From positions 32,001 through 96,000 of the IMG/VR virus record IMGVR_UViG_3300027795_000039: a stretch of 64,000 bases of DNA. The stretch is one strand, 5' to 3'. Shown piece by piece: positions 56,201-63,634 of this stretch. Origin of the DNA: a virus. Both the position numbers and the translations under genes were made by a program. The notes under the pieces are model-generated. The model saw only the letters and a program-made list of their open reading frames with translations. It was not told where the DNA came from and did no database searches. Position 1 is the stretch's first letter; each line of letters opens with the position of its first letter.

Positions 56201-57161
56201 CCGGCACAATTGATGCGTCGAAAAACTGGCCTGATGGGTCAACCGAGTCAATCCGGAACGCGGTACCACGTGGCAGGACGTATTCACCCATGCCCTCACT
56301 TACTTGGAGAGCGTGAGTGCCAGCTGGTGCGTGAATCCGCATGATTCCCGGTATGCCACCGTTACCACTGGTGTTAACTGGTAGTGCTGGACTGTGACCG
56401 GTGCTACGAAACTCACTGAATGCCTTCGCCCAATGGGCTGATGATGACGTGGAAACAAATGACTTATCTGAGAATGTAGCACCGGGACGGAAGTCTGCCG
56501 CCCGGTGTGGTGAGATTGATACACCGCGGTACAAATGCGTGTCTTCGGTTAGCGTGGCATGATGAATGAGGTTGTCGAGTATCTTCATATCATCACGGAA
56601 TCCAGTAAGGCGCCTGTCATCAGGGTCGTAATGGTTTCTGATGCCGCTGAGGTCATCTTTACGAAGCGCTTTGGACATGGCATCGTTGAACTTCGGTGAC
56701 ACGTACCGGTCAACCGTATATTGTTCATACTTAGAACGTGACGGTTCCGAGTATGGTAGTTGTGGTGCCTTCCGGCTTTCCTGCAGCTTGGCACGCTCAG
56801 CTGGATCTTTCGGAAATTCTTTCGTCCACCGACCATCACGATCACGAAGTTCAGCATCCCACCAGTCACCTTTACCGCCACCCCACCACTTCTTCTCCGC
56901 AGTGAATGGTTGTGCGATATCAACATCATCATCGGTCCACGTAAATCGCGGTGCATAACCAGCAAGCTGGTTAACGTCTGGTTCTGGAGCGGTTACCAAA
57001 TCGTCATCATCGAGATCACTTGGCACGTTGATAAGCATGCCTGATGGCATCATAGCCAATTCAGCTGTTAGCTTAACCCACACCTCATGCTTCGAGTTAT
57101 CGACAACTGGTGACATACTACCCATTATAACACCGCTCAACACCCGTGTCGCGATGCTCAT
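50229..57161 (-). CDS. Giant polyprotein with three tags, five R-S-E ART domains and a DUF3626-like C-terminal domain
   Basis: LYRG/STSS/GEY; LHRG/SSWS/ESE; AYRA/TSWS/ESE; VHRA/STSA/GEL; LSRG/SASA/EGEY; FKTQFET...RPVYGY...NEVQVH. Confidence 0.85.
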   Translation of the reverse strand: MSIATRVLSGVIMGSMSPVVDNSKHEVWVKLTAELAMMPSGMLINVPSDLDDDDLVTAPEPDVNQLAGYAPRFTWTDDDVDIAQPFTAEKKWWGGGKGDWWDAELRDRDGRWTKEFPKDPAERAKLQESRKAPQLPYSEPSRSKYEQYTVDRYVSPKFNDAMSKALRKDDLSGIRNHYDPDDRRLTGFRDDMKILDNLIHHATLTEDTHLYRGVSISPHRAADFRPGATFSDKSFVSTSSSAHWAKAFSEFRSTGHSPALPVNTSGNGGIPGIMRIHAPAGTHALQVSEGMGEYVLPRGTAFRIDSVDPSGQFFDASIVPDTSAVSKQLRRQVDLNGQETWQDIQDQAPPAAGGGAMQMPPVPGGVPGFTAGAEPPRWDGSSPQPRIMTAPDDGDDGMYPDAGRVRSERPHAAFPTGPQAMDGYWPASQPQPQSPESSPGGKRGVPPSTVGAKPAGGKSQKQVRKQVPEDEAPRDDSLDSTVRPDLAKVGKEGYIHGWVCVRPPCGKVGDEVSHPILGSGIITSSSDDGTMSASFSGVTRILSGRLSGAYNDPHKTDVTAGGMISLKDSDVYDSDPMTRRAAKRLVNKVPSSTENLLSAANLPADRYNEAIANPDEYSYWVDKKYGHVTIARGKPADQRKTESHSPRGKYTVVKEWHSAADGGMDSAIRQESLFQMLFSWSLASKRDVVQEAARREFSLGNSALSSKPITVEDQGSLGTWQSFLRAQHELTQADFAKKGITHVVLHRGFHWMVPPAWASDSSVKEQRTVKSPQFAPLSSWSTSVAYANQFAGSDHTDSSVAVIMSATVPVSQILSYPRSGFGMVRESEMVVIAPAPGTGIVSIQRLSDTPLAEKQADGRNQKRIASVISEDKATPTGSHDTAVEPSVTKVGPEGYIHGWIKVGPGNIDDKFDAGKISGKDIAGPARDVISRLKTNPVTSIPADDYGPAQGYEAVPLIDDAIKHGEAGHYDDMMTQLAAARDSLTRDRLDSDADRINRMIVNTSRIARYNSGQPESLTRLDKNDFSVSNDTREFAKSYQQTAADVAAHLNASDEDLHALAAEDGRHDVDNLSGDELKRAVVDGYLNSWRGSSGGPAQVAMISHVASRLGRSYQLTDDETRTNDYIAARPAVQRAAHAIGDAMYATTQEWLKNNGIKNVEAYRASRGEEWDKTRPWTSWSTMSGWTRESNTGGNRHESIPAERIFSLPPTGFGTYQESEAVVLPLKPGETSVRLSDKTVKEFDTKATLLKVGKEGYIHGYICVRPPCGPQYTEAKFDSKAGAVIHGDTRIGKLYKNKDGTFSVTHLAADGTKTRLGGTYANRGEAAMTVVPYHDLSAMHGEMQPGEARDAVASARDALAAGDVDGATSSLRDAANVARAGGDDGLASHADHIRTGLSGENAVEPKPSDTALTGEIEPSLVEPVKTTLSSPLTSDEEWARSQYTLPNTARRLNASLRNGAPRSDAAQDIMDNLDGAMAKSTTSYDAMVHRAITVEPGKEPRVGDEVIDPGYMSTSASKQWAEDWAKQQGLVPGQAGKNNAVLSMNVPAGTHALPGHGGAGELVLDRGTKYTVTGVHKDDDGQLHVQARVISRAGNSVQVPDSKASKPDASVSVDKRLQDAITGDALQDATYGRAKNLTPAEKNNLDDFYLNGYKQVNSYLRNSAITQGPTAQDARTKISLIDSAFSKTPAFPKDVQLSRGIANANSFFGDVDSHTGKVYSDSGYNSASAFDEVAAGFGRSGEVSSDHAMLHILMPAGTKALDARSVTGNLPEDEDEGEYTIPRGQQYVIEKDELRDQHVPLVGRVPTRHITLRALTPEETNEIKPVQVPGSEIIKPVEPAVKSVAPISADPPHEAVELVNEANRLDHEANTLDKSADPADRERAYYLKYQAGAIRDGNLSMNPGDLGYAPRTIPDVLRESGIDENDFDANMSVRQKAALLASNEEQRATVAAEAGLTPEAADEKMREELRGIASHHIATRVTNPGLEHILDDNAFKTQFETNKSQALKSNHTRAVFERTWFGYPENMDPSLRPVYGYVTDGVDRPAGVGVNDWFGFNTDQLSSFGTTQVVLKDAVKQHATFNVGDSLNNSEASMPSRMLDPDTRSFAAYDKGTPSIIEPGKSTYKHGIMQARGLRGMNRDYTSPNFRQHAYNEVQVHSSDGKARPLTPDDIDHVLFDKKPPQSLTDKLTKRGIPWKVWNAITIAKDPAATSEEKSRALEVTQEDLAHTNDKIAEFHISVATYTGGGGAYVEDQDKKDLQKMTTVQLRLEKGLAALQKAGVKSRETPVQVAGSEVVKPNMPNYDQLGGFKASGT

Positions 57162-58255
57162 GATTGCCACCATTGGCTCTTGTTAGAAAATGACTGCCAG
57201 GCTGCCTGGTCGTGAACCTGCCATGTGGTGTTTAGTTTTTTACTACCAATGAGTGATGGTCTACTTCCATTATTATCCCACAGTTCGGCTGAATCAAAGA
57301 GGTTATCATCAAGCGCACTGCGGAAGGTATTCGTTACTGCGCTATGAGTGTCTCGTACCACGCTTTCCGGTACCACGCGACCAGTTACCGCAGCTCGCGC
57401 GTTCTCTCGGCGGACCGCTTCATCGGTATCAACGGTAATGTACTTAGCAGCCACCTGGTACCCAGCATCTCGCGCCTTCGCCAGCCGGTCCTGAATCGCG
57501 TTATACCTACCTGTACCAGTACTATCAAAGGTAACGTTCATGCCGTGTTGCAATGCATCGTGGTAAACTCGGCTGGCAATCAATTTTGACTCATCGTGAG
57601 TAAACAATGCTGCTCGCGGGTCACCATCCGCAATCATCTGCTGATACTCGGGAAGCTGCGTTTTGATTTCATCAGGATCAACGTGCACGTCAGTACTCGG
57701 AATCTTTATCACCGTACTTTTCCCACTCGCGGTACCACCACCGAGGAACGTGGCAACTGGGTGATCTGATGTAGGATGGTTGGTAAGAATCTTGGTGATG
57801 ATCTGACGGTGAAGCTTCTCACGTTCTGGATCTAGCTGGCCATTCCTGGTATGACGTGTTAGTGAGCAATCGTAATCAGGTGCTTGAATGCGACCTTGGA
57901 TCGGTGACACGTCACCGGGGCCGACTTTGATCCACCCGTGGATATAGCCATGCGGTCCTACCTTGTTAATTGTACCAACGGCTTTCACCACCGACCCATT
58001 CCGGATCGTGGTATCAGTTGCACTGTTAAGCAGTGTTGGTAGCACAAGTTTGAATGCGGGATGAAGTGGCAGTGACTTCATCTCCTCAGGCGTGAACCAG
58101 CCCCAGTCACCGTTTTCCTCAGGTGTTTCACCATCAAATGACGGCCAGAACGTCTCACCCGCGTCAGTCATGAAGGTGGTGTACGCCCAGCCGTTGCCAT
58201 GGTCATCAGTCACCGCGTGGCTAACCTGAACCGATGGTATATCGTTACCACTCAT
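57158..58255 (-). CDS. NUDIX C-terminal half, tag and zeta-toxin-like P-loop kinase
   Basis: ATGA-coupled start at 58255; GGGTASGKST, VDPDEIK, FDSTG, TGRVVP and LWDN motifs. Confidence 0.82.
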   Translation of the reverse strand: MSGNDIPSVQVSHAVTDDHGNGWAYTTFMTDAGETFWPSFDGETPEENGDWGWFTPEEMKSLPLHPAFKLVLPTLLNSATDTTIRNGSVVKAVGTINKVGPHGYIHGWIKVGPGDVSPIQGRIQAPDYDCSLTRHTRNGQLDPEREKLHRQIITKILTNHPTSDHPVATFLGGGTASGKSTVIKIPSTDVHVDPDEIKTQLPEYQQMIADGDPRAALFTHDESKLIASRVYHDALQHGMNVTFDSTGTGRYNAIQDRLAKARDAGYQVAAKYITVDTDEAVRRENARAAVTGRVVPESVVRDTHSAVTNTFRSALDDNLFDSAELWDNNGSRPSLIGSKKLNTTWQVHDQAAWQSFSNKSQWWQS

Positions 58256-58524
58256 GTTACTGGTCCACTCAGGTGGTTGTATGCTGCCAGGAACTGCCCT
58301 GCCTCGACCTTCAGCTGCCGTGGCGCGGCTTGCCAGCATGCCAGCTGGGTAAAATCACGAACACGATTCACATCGGCTGAGCTCGGCGGCTGTGTCACCT
58401 CCGGCCACATCTGCGCGAACGTGGTAACGGGTGTACCATCGTGATTCCACAGGTCCCAGCTGCCAAGCTTCGTCCAGTCCTCATTCGCATCAGCTCGTGA
58501 GAACGGATATGACCAGGTGCTCAC
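58252..58524 (-). CDS. NEDW-SWD family small protein
   Basis: NEDWTKLGSWD...LACWQAAP; follows an ART C-terminus. Confidence 0.65.
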   Translation of the reverse strand: MSTWSYPFSRADANEDWTKLGSWDLWNHDGTPVTTFAQMWPEVTQPPSSADVNRVRDFTQLACWQAAPRQLKVEAGQFLAAYNHLSGPVT

Positions 58525-58532
58525 GTGTCATC

Positions 58533-60377
58533 CTAAGAGTATCCATCATCACCAGTGGATGATTCCTGTATAATTACATCACCAGGTGTGCTCAGCACAA
58601 CCCATTCACGTTCACTCAAGCTGCCGTTACCACTTCGTGGTGTGGAGAACACTCGCTCCGCGGGAACACTGGCTTTAATCAACACGCCGGGACCATTAGA
58701 ACCGTAATCTTGGTAAAACGCTGCCGCTTGAGCATCACTTGATGACCACGATGATAGTGGGCGAGCATCACTGGTATTAAGCGTGGTAAGTGCGCCTGGT
58801 ACCTTAATTGGTCGATCATTATCATCATAGCCACTGCCAGTTGATTTCGGCATCGGACCCATCGCCCATTCCGGTGCTTCATTAACGCTATCCCAGTTCA
58901 TACCACGATACAAACTGACGTTCTTGATACCAGCTTTCTTCAGGTCTTGTTGCGTCAGATCGTATTGCGCTCGGACGAATTTATGAAGTGCTGGCTGGTT
59001 TTGCGTGTAGAATTCGTCTGTTTTCCGGCGGAGAGTGGCGTCTGAGTCTGTCCATGGCATTGCGTTTTTAATACCGAGTTCATTCTCAGCTGCGTGTTGC
59101 ACAGCCAGCCCAGCAACGTTGTGGTCATTCGATGACGCGGCCCACAAGTTCACCAGGCTACTCGTTAGCTCAGCGCGAAGTTCATGTTCATCTTCATCAG
59201 TCATCATGCCATTACCGGCGAGTTGTGAGTAAAGGTTTTTCCGGTGACGAGAAATGATATCAGTTGCTTCTTGCTGAATCAACTCAGCTTTTTGGTAACG
59301 CTCAGCTTTTTCACCAGGCGAGAGACCTGGTACCAAGTCACCGCTGAACAGACTCTTGAGTCGTTCAACATCTTCATTTGACATACCTTGCTCACGGAAT
59401 GTATCAGCAGTATTAATAATGTCCTGTGCCGTAAATGAGTCTCCCGGCGTCCAGTTATCTACTGCATCAAGTGTGCCATGCGCCAGCCCAACCGCGTCCA
59501 AAACGTGTCCAGCATCATCAGCTACCTGAAACTTATCTCGTGGATTTTCATCCACACCAGCATCAATTGCACTCGGTCCCACAGCTGCTACAGCCGAGAC
59601 AACTGCATGCCTCAACCGTGAATACTGCTCGTTACCAAGCGCAATTTTCGCCAGATCTTGGGTAGAAACATCACTCATTTGTTTCTCAAGACGCTGACTA
59701 ACTTCTTTTTTGTAATCAGGAGCTTCCTCGTTATACACGGTTCCATTAGAATCTGGATCACCATTGGCAAGGAAACTTTCAGTCTTATCAAATGATAGGT
59801 CATCATCACGTGACGCGCCGAGTTTCCCCGCTTCGGCGGTTGCGGTATCACCAAGGATACCAGTAGTACCATCACTGAACCGAGCGTAGAAACCATCAGA
59901 ACTGCCGCTGATAATGTGACCGGGGCCGTGAATCGCGTGGGTAACCGCATCACCGGATCCGCATGGTGGGTTAACACAAATCCAGTCATGGATGTAGCCT
60001 TCCTTGCCCACCTTCTGGATTATACCAGGTGAGGCACTGCTATCCACTACACTAATCTTACCAAGTTCTTCATTCGCTTCACGAGTGGCACCTTCGAGTG
60101 GTGTCTCACCCGGCAACAGCGCCCCACCGAACGTGCCCCACTTCCCAGCATTATCAGCTGCGGTGCTGGCACGCTGCTGCAGCAGGTATACCACATCACC
60201 ATTCGGTCGCCGGCCGCGGATCATCAGCCCAGCCGCACCTTCAGCACCACAATGCTTATGACCAAGGCCACAGGTGATAGATTTCTCACCTTGATGACGT
60301 TTTTCAACATCAGAATCTGCACTTGATTGCAGTTCAGCAAAGCACGTGGAAAACCACGGGTCAAATGTAACGGTCAC
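58533..60377 (-). CDS. NUDIX N-terminal half, tag and ADP-ribosyltransferase
   Basis: GGALLPGETPLEGATREANEELG; KVGKEGYIHDWICVNPPCG; LYRG...RPLSSWS...EREWVV. Confidence 0.82.
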   Translation of the reverse strand: MTVTFDPWFSTCFAELQSSADSDVEKRHQGEKSITCGLGHKHCGAEGAAGLMIRGRRPNGDVVYLLQQRASTAADNAGKWGTFGGALLPGETPLEGATREANEELGKISVVDSSASPGIIQKVGKEGYIHDWICVNPPCGSGDAVTHAIHGPGHIISGSSDGFYARFSDGTTGILGDTATAEAGKLGASRDDDLSFDKTESFLANGDPDSNGTVYNEEAPDYKKEVSQRLEKQMSDVSTQDLAKIALGNEQYSRLRHAVVSAVAAVGPSAIDAGVDENPRDKFQVADDAGHVLDAVGLAHGTLDAVDNWTPGDSFTAQDIINTADTFREQGMSNEDVERLKSLFSGDLVPGLSPGEKAERYQKAELIQQEATDIISRHRKNLYSQLAGNGMMTDEDEHELRAELTSSLVNLWAASSNDHNVAGLAVQHAAENELGIKNAMPWTDSDATLRRKTDEFYTQNQPALHKFVRAQYDLTQQDLKKAGIKNVSLYRGMNWDSVNEAPEWAMGPMPKSTGSGYDDNDRPIKVPGALTTLNTSDARPLSSWSSSDAQAAAFYQDYGSNGPGVLIKASVPAERVFSTPRSGNGSLSEREWVVLSTPGDVIIQESSTGDDGYS

Positions 60378-63300
60378 AGTGGTTTCACCTGCCGGACGTT
60401 GACCACGAGAGTGCCATCACCTGCGATACGAGTACCAGTCACCTCGAAGTTACCAGTGGCAAGGTACTCACGTTCATTAAAATAGGCCGGGTTACCGGCG
60501 AGTCGTTCCAACGGCAACGCTTTCTTCGGACCATCCACCCAGTCCAGCAGCACTGGTGTCGTGTTTTTAGCCGTGACGTGCTGGCCACCTGATACGTGGC
60601 TGAAGCTTCGTCCTACATCTGCGTTTGAAGAAAATGAACCGAGTGAGATATCAATTGGTGAACCAGTCTTATACCGTTCAGCAGCATCACCTGGAATCAT
60701 CATACCGCGATACAGGTGCTGTTCACTAACATCAGAGTCACGGATCGCGCTGAGAAGCAAGTTTACAGTTTTCTTCCGTCCCGGCGTGATATCACCACCG
60801 TTTACTGACTTCTCTACATCGGTACGGATTCGCGCGACCTGCTTACCACCTGTGTTTTGGAACGTGTCCAGAATCTTAACGAGTGCCTTGCCATCCGGCG
60901 TTTTCTCTAGCTCATCCAGCGCCTGATACCGCTGGTTCATGTTGAACTTACCACTGCGGGCTGGTTTCAGTACCGCTAGGTCTGACCGGAGCTTAATATC
61001 CGGTGCTGGCACAACTTTCGGCGTCTTCTTATCAAGTGCCGCCTGGATATCAGCTCGGTCCTGGTCGCTGATGTTCCGTTTCAAGTACTCACGCAGCTGC
61101 GGTACCTTAGCCATCGACCAGTGTTTAACACCTGCAGGCTGCGGTGTTACTCGGTTAAAGGTGTGGGTGCTACCATCATCGAACTGGGCGGTGACGTGTT
61201 TTTCATCATGGCTGGTAATAATACCGTGGCCGAGTGAGTCATGCTTAATTTCATCGCCCTCGCCTGGTATGCCGACGAAGATCCAGCCGTGGATGTACCC
61301 CTTGGCGCCAACCTTCACCAAGTTCGGCTGCCCGAGTGGTACCAGATTGAAACCGGGTAGTGGCTCCACGGTCATATCAGAGAGGTCGAAGTCACCAACT
61401 GACATCGGCGATGCGGCACAGCGACAGTTTGGATGACCAGGTGGTGCGTCAACGCCATTCAGGAATGCCTGGGAAAGTGGGATTGATCCTTCTGCTTCCG
61501 CAGCACGGCAAATTTTACACACGCGCTCATCTGGAGCAACTAGCCAAGATTTCATAGAAACACCAGCAGCAAGATACTGGTCCAGTGAGGCGGCCGATGA
61601 CGCTCGTGAGATCTCAGTCTGTGCGATCATCTGTGCTCGTGATGGTACGTTCAACAAACTCGAGATATCACTCGCCAGGCTATTCGCATCTTGCCCTGTC
61701 GCCAATGCAATACCAATGTACTTAGCCAGGTCATCGAGTTTGGTAGAAGACACGGACTGGATGGTATTAACGCCCCACTGGTGGAGAAGCTGTTGCAATC
61801 GTGGGCCGGTACCAATCTTCAGCGCGGATTCAACATCACCTGGTTCCCATTCGCCCCAGTCTGGGCCAGTAGCATACTCGGGATACGGATTGGTGCCGGT
61901 GTTAAGTTTGATAACAGGTTTTATTACCGACTTCCCCAGCGCCACATTCATGGCTGATCGAGAACCGGTAATCGTTACCTGTTGCGGTGAAAACGCAACC
62001 ATCTCATTGATTTTGCCATCTTTACCGCGTTGGATGATGCTATCGTGACCACGTTTTTCAGCTTCATCACGGATTGCGGTAGACAACTCATCTTGGGAGG
62101 TACTCGGATGCGCCGCACGATACTGGTTCTGAAAACTCCACACGTCATCATCAGCGCGGTTTGCCATACTTGAGTCCCACGGGTTTTTCACGTTAACCCG
62201 AGTGGATAGTACCTTTCCATCATCAGCAGCTATACCATACGTTGCAGCATAATCAGGTCGCTCAGTTAGGTAGATGCCCTCGCCGGCCCAGCCACGATTA
62301 CCTGAATTTTCACCGATATATGATTCATCAAATCCGTGATCGGTAATTGATGTCGCTTTATCACTGCTGGCGGTGCCGTGGTACATTTCTTGCGGTACAG
62401 CTGAATTTTTAGCCCAGTTAATGGCATCATTATCATCTTTAGCCGGTGACCAGCCAGCAACTCTTTTCCAGCCGTGAATATAACCTTTTGGTCCTACCTT
62501 GGTAATCATCGCTGATTTTGTCGTACCAACTGAACTCAAATCGTTTAGCTGAGTCGCCTGGACAACGAGCCGGCCACCTCGCCCCGTGGTAACGCCATTA
62601 ACACGGTACTTACCACCAGCAATCCATTCTTGCTCATTGGTAACCTGGACACCATCACGGGTGAATGGCGTCTTCGACATGTCAATGCCTTTACTACCGG
62701 GATCAACTTCGAGTAGCACGGAGCTATCAGCGGAAGCAAATTCTTTCGCTGACTCACGGTCCTCAGAAAACGATGATGCTGGAATGGTAAACGTATTACC
62801 TGGCGTCATCTGAGACATGAATGCTTTGGCTTTATCCTGGTTATCCCAGGTCCATGCCATTCCACGGTAAACTGGTTTACCTGAGGTTTCGGGATGCCGG
62901 AGGCTTTCAGCGATTGACCGAGCGTGATCCGGTATTTTAGCATCATGATCACTGATACCATGAGCGATATCATCGTAACTAACTTCACCGTGCTGCCAGG
63001 CTGCTATCGCATCTGGGTCAACTTTTATCCACCCGTGGATGTAGCCTTTTGGCCCCACTTTGGTAAGAATGGCAGATGCTGATGCGGTGGATGCTGGTGC
63101 TGCTGGTAGGTTAGCCAGCACGTGTCGCGCTGAAATCGCACCAAGCGTGTACCCATCGGTCCACAGTGGTGTGAGCACCGGTCGCAACGCTGCTGCGATA
63201 CGATTCCGTACCTCTTGTGCAGCGTAGGTGGGAGTGACGCGAACTTCGCCAGTGATGAGCTGGGCGAGGAATGAGCGAGCGGAAGCCATGCCATCGGAGA

Positions 63301-63634
63301 ACGCGGCTGCGATCTGCGGCGCGTAGATGCTGGCGAGTTGCTGATCGCGTTCCCAGCCGGGCCACTGCGCATCGGTTACCGATTTGCTGGCGCTACCAAT
63401 TGACACTGGGTCAAGTAGCTCAGCAACTTCATGCTGAAGTGTCGCCGGGGCAGCCTGCCACGACGGCAATGACATAAGCGAGCGCAGGTACTGGAGGTCA
63501 GCCAGCATCGGCGGATAACCATAGCCGGGGATCAGCTGGCTGAGATCGGTAACTGGTGAACCGTCATCGTTCCACCGATCCCATGACCGGGTACGAATCC
63601 AATCTTCGTTCAGATCAGTCAAAGATGCCGTCAC
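60374..63634 (-). CDS. MuF (phage head morphogenesis) polyprotein with three tagged ART-type domains
   Basis: RAQMIAQTEISRA...KSW...DERVCKIC...PPGHPNCRC; VYRG/SSFS/EQEW; MYHGT...GEGIY..YA; LYRG/GSFS/EREY; GTGA-coupled start. Confidence 0.85.
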   Translation of the reverse strand: MTASLTDLNEDWIRTRSWDRWNDDGSPVTDLSQLIPGYGYPPMLADLQYLRSLMSLPSWQAAPATLQHEVAELLDPVSIGSASKSVTDAQWPGWERDQQLASIYAPQIAAAFSDGMASARSFLAQLITGEVRVTPTYAAQEVRNRIAAALRPVLTPLWTDGYTLGAISARHVLANLPAAPASTASASAILTKVGPKGYIHGWIKVDPDAIAAWQHGEVSYDDIAHGISDHDAKIPDHARSIAESLRHPETSGKPVYRGMAWTWDNQDKAKAFMSQMTPGNTFTIPASSFSEDRESAKEFASADSSVLLEVDPGSKGIDMSKTPFTRDGVQVTNEQEWIAGGKYRVNGVTTGRGGRLVVQATQLNDLSSVGTTKSAMITKVGPKGYIHGWKRVAGWSPAKDDNDAINWAKNSAVPQEMYHGTASSDKATSITDHGFDESYIGENSGNRGWAGEGIYLTERPDYAATYGIAADDGKVLSTRVNVKNPWDSSMANRADDDVWSFQNQYRAAHPSTSQDELSTAIRDEAEKRGHDSIIQRGKDGKINEMVAFSPQQVTITGSRSAMNVALGKSVIKPVIKLNTGTNPYPEYATGPDWGEWEPGDVESALKIGTGPRLQQLLHQWGVNTIQSVSSTKLDDLAKYIGIALATGQDANSLASDISSLLNVPSRAQMIAQTEISRASSAASLDQYLAAGVSMKSWLVAPDERVCKICRAAEAEGSIPLSQAFLNGVDAPPGHPNCRCAASPMSVGDFDLSDMTVEPLPGFNLVPLGQPNLVKVGAKGYIHGWIFVGIPGEGDEIKHDSLGHGIITSHDEKHVTAQFDDGSTHTFNRVTPQPAGVKHWSMAKVPQLREYLKRNISDQDRADIQAALDKKTPKVVPAPDIKLRSDLAVLKPARSGKFNMNQRYQALDELEKTPDGKALVKILDTFQNTGGKQVARIRTDVEKSVNGGDITPGRKKTVNLLLSAIRDSDVSEQHLYRGMMIPGDAAERYKTGSPIDISLGSFSSNADVGRSFSHVSGGQHVTAKNTTPVLLDWVDGPKKALPLERLAGNPAYFNEREYLATGNFEVTGTRIAGDGTLVVNVRQVKPL

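Noticed and set aside
12908-63634. The GYIHG tag as an intein or HNH motif
   Set aside because: There are no intein blocks or terminal HN-C/S/T and no HNH spacing; the motif is short and sits at module starts
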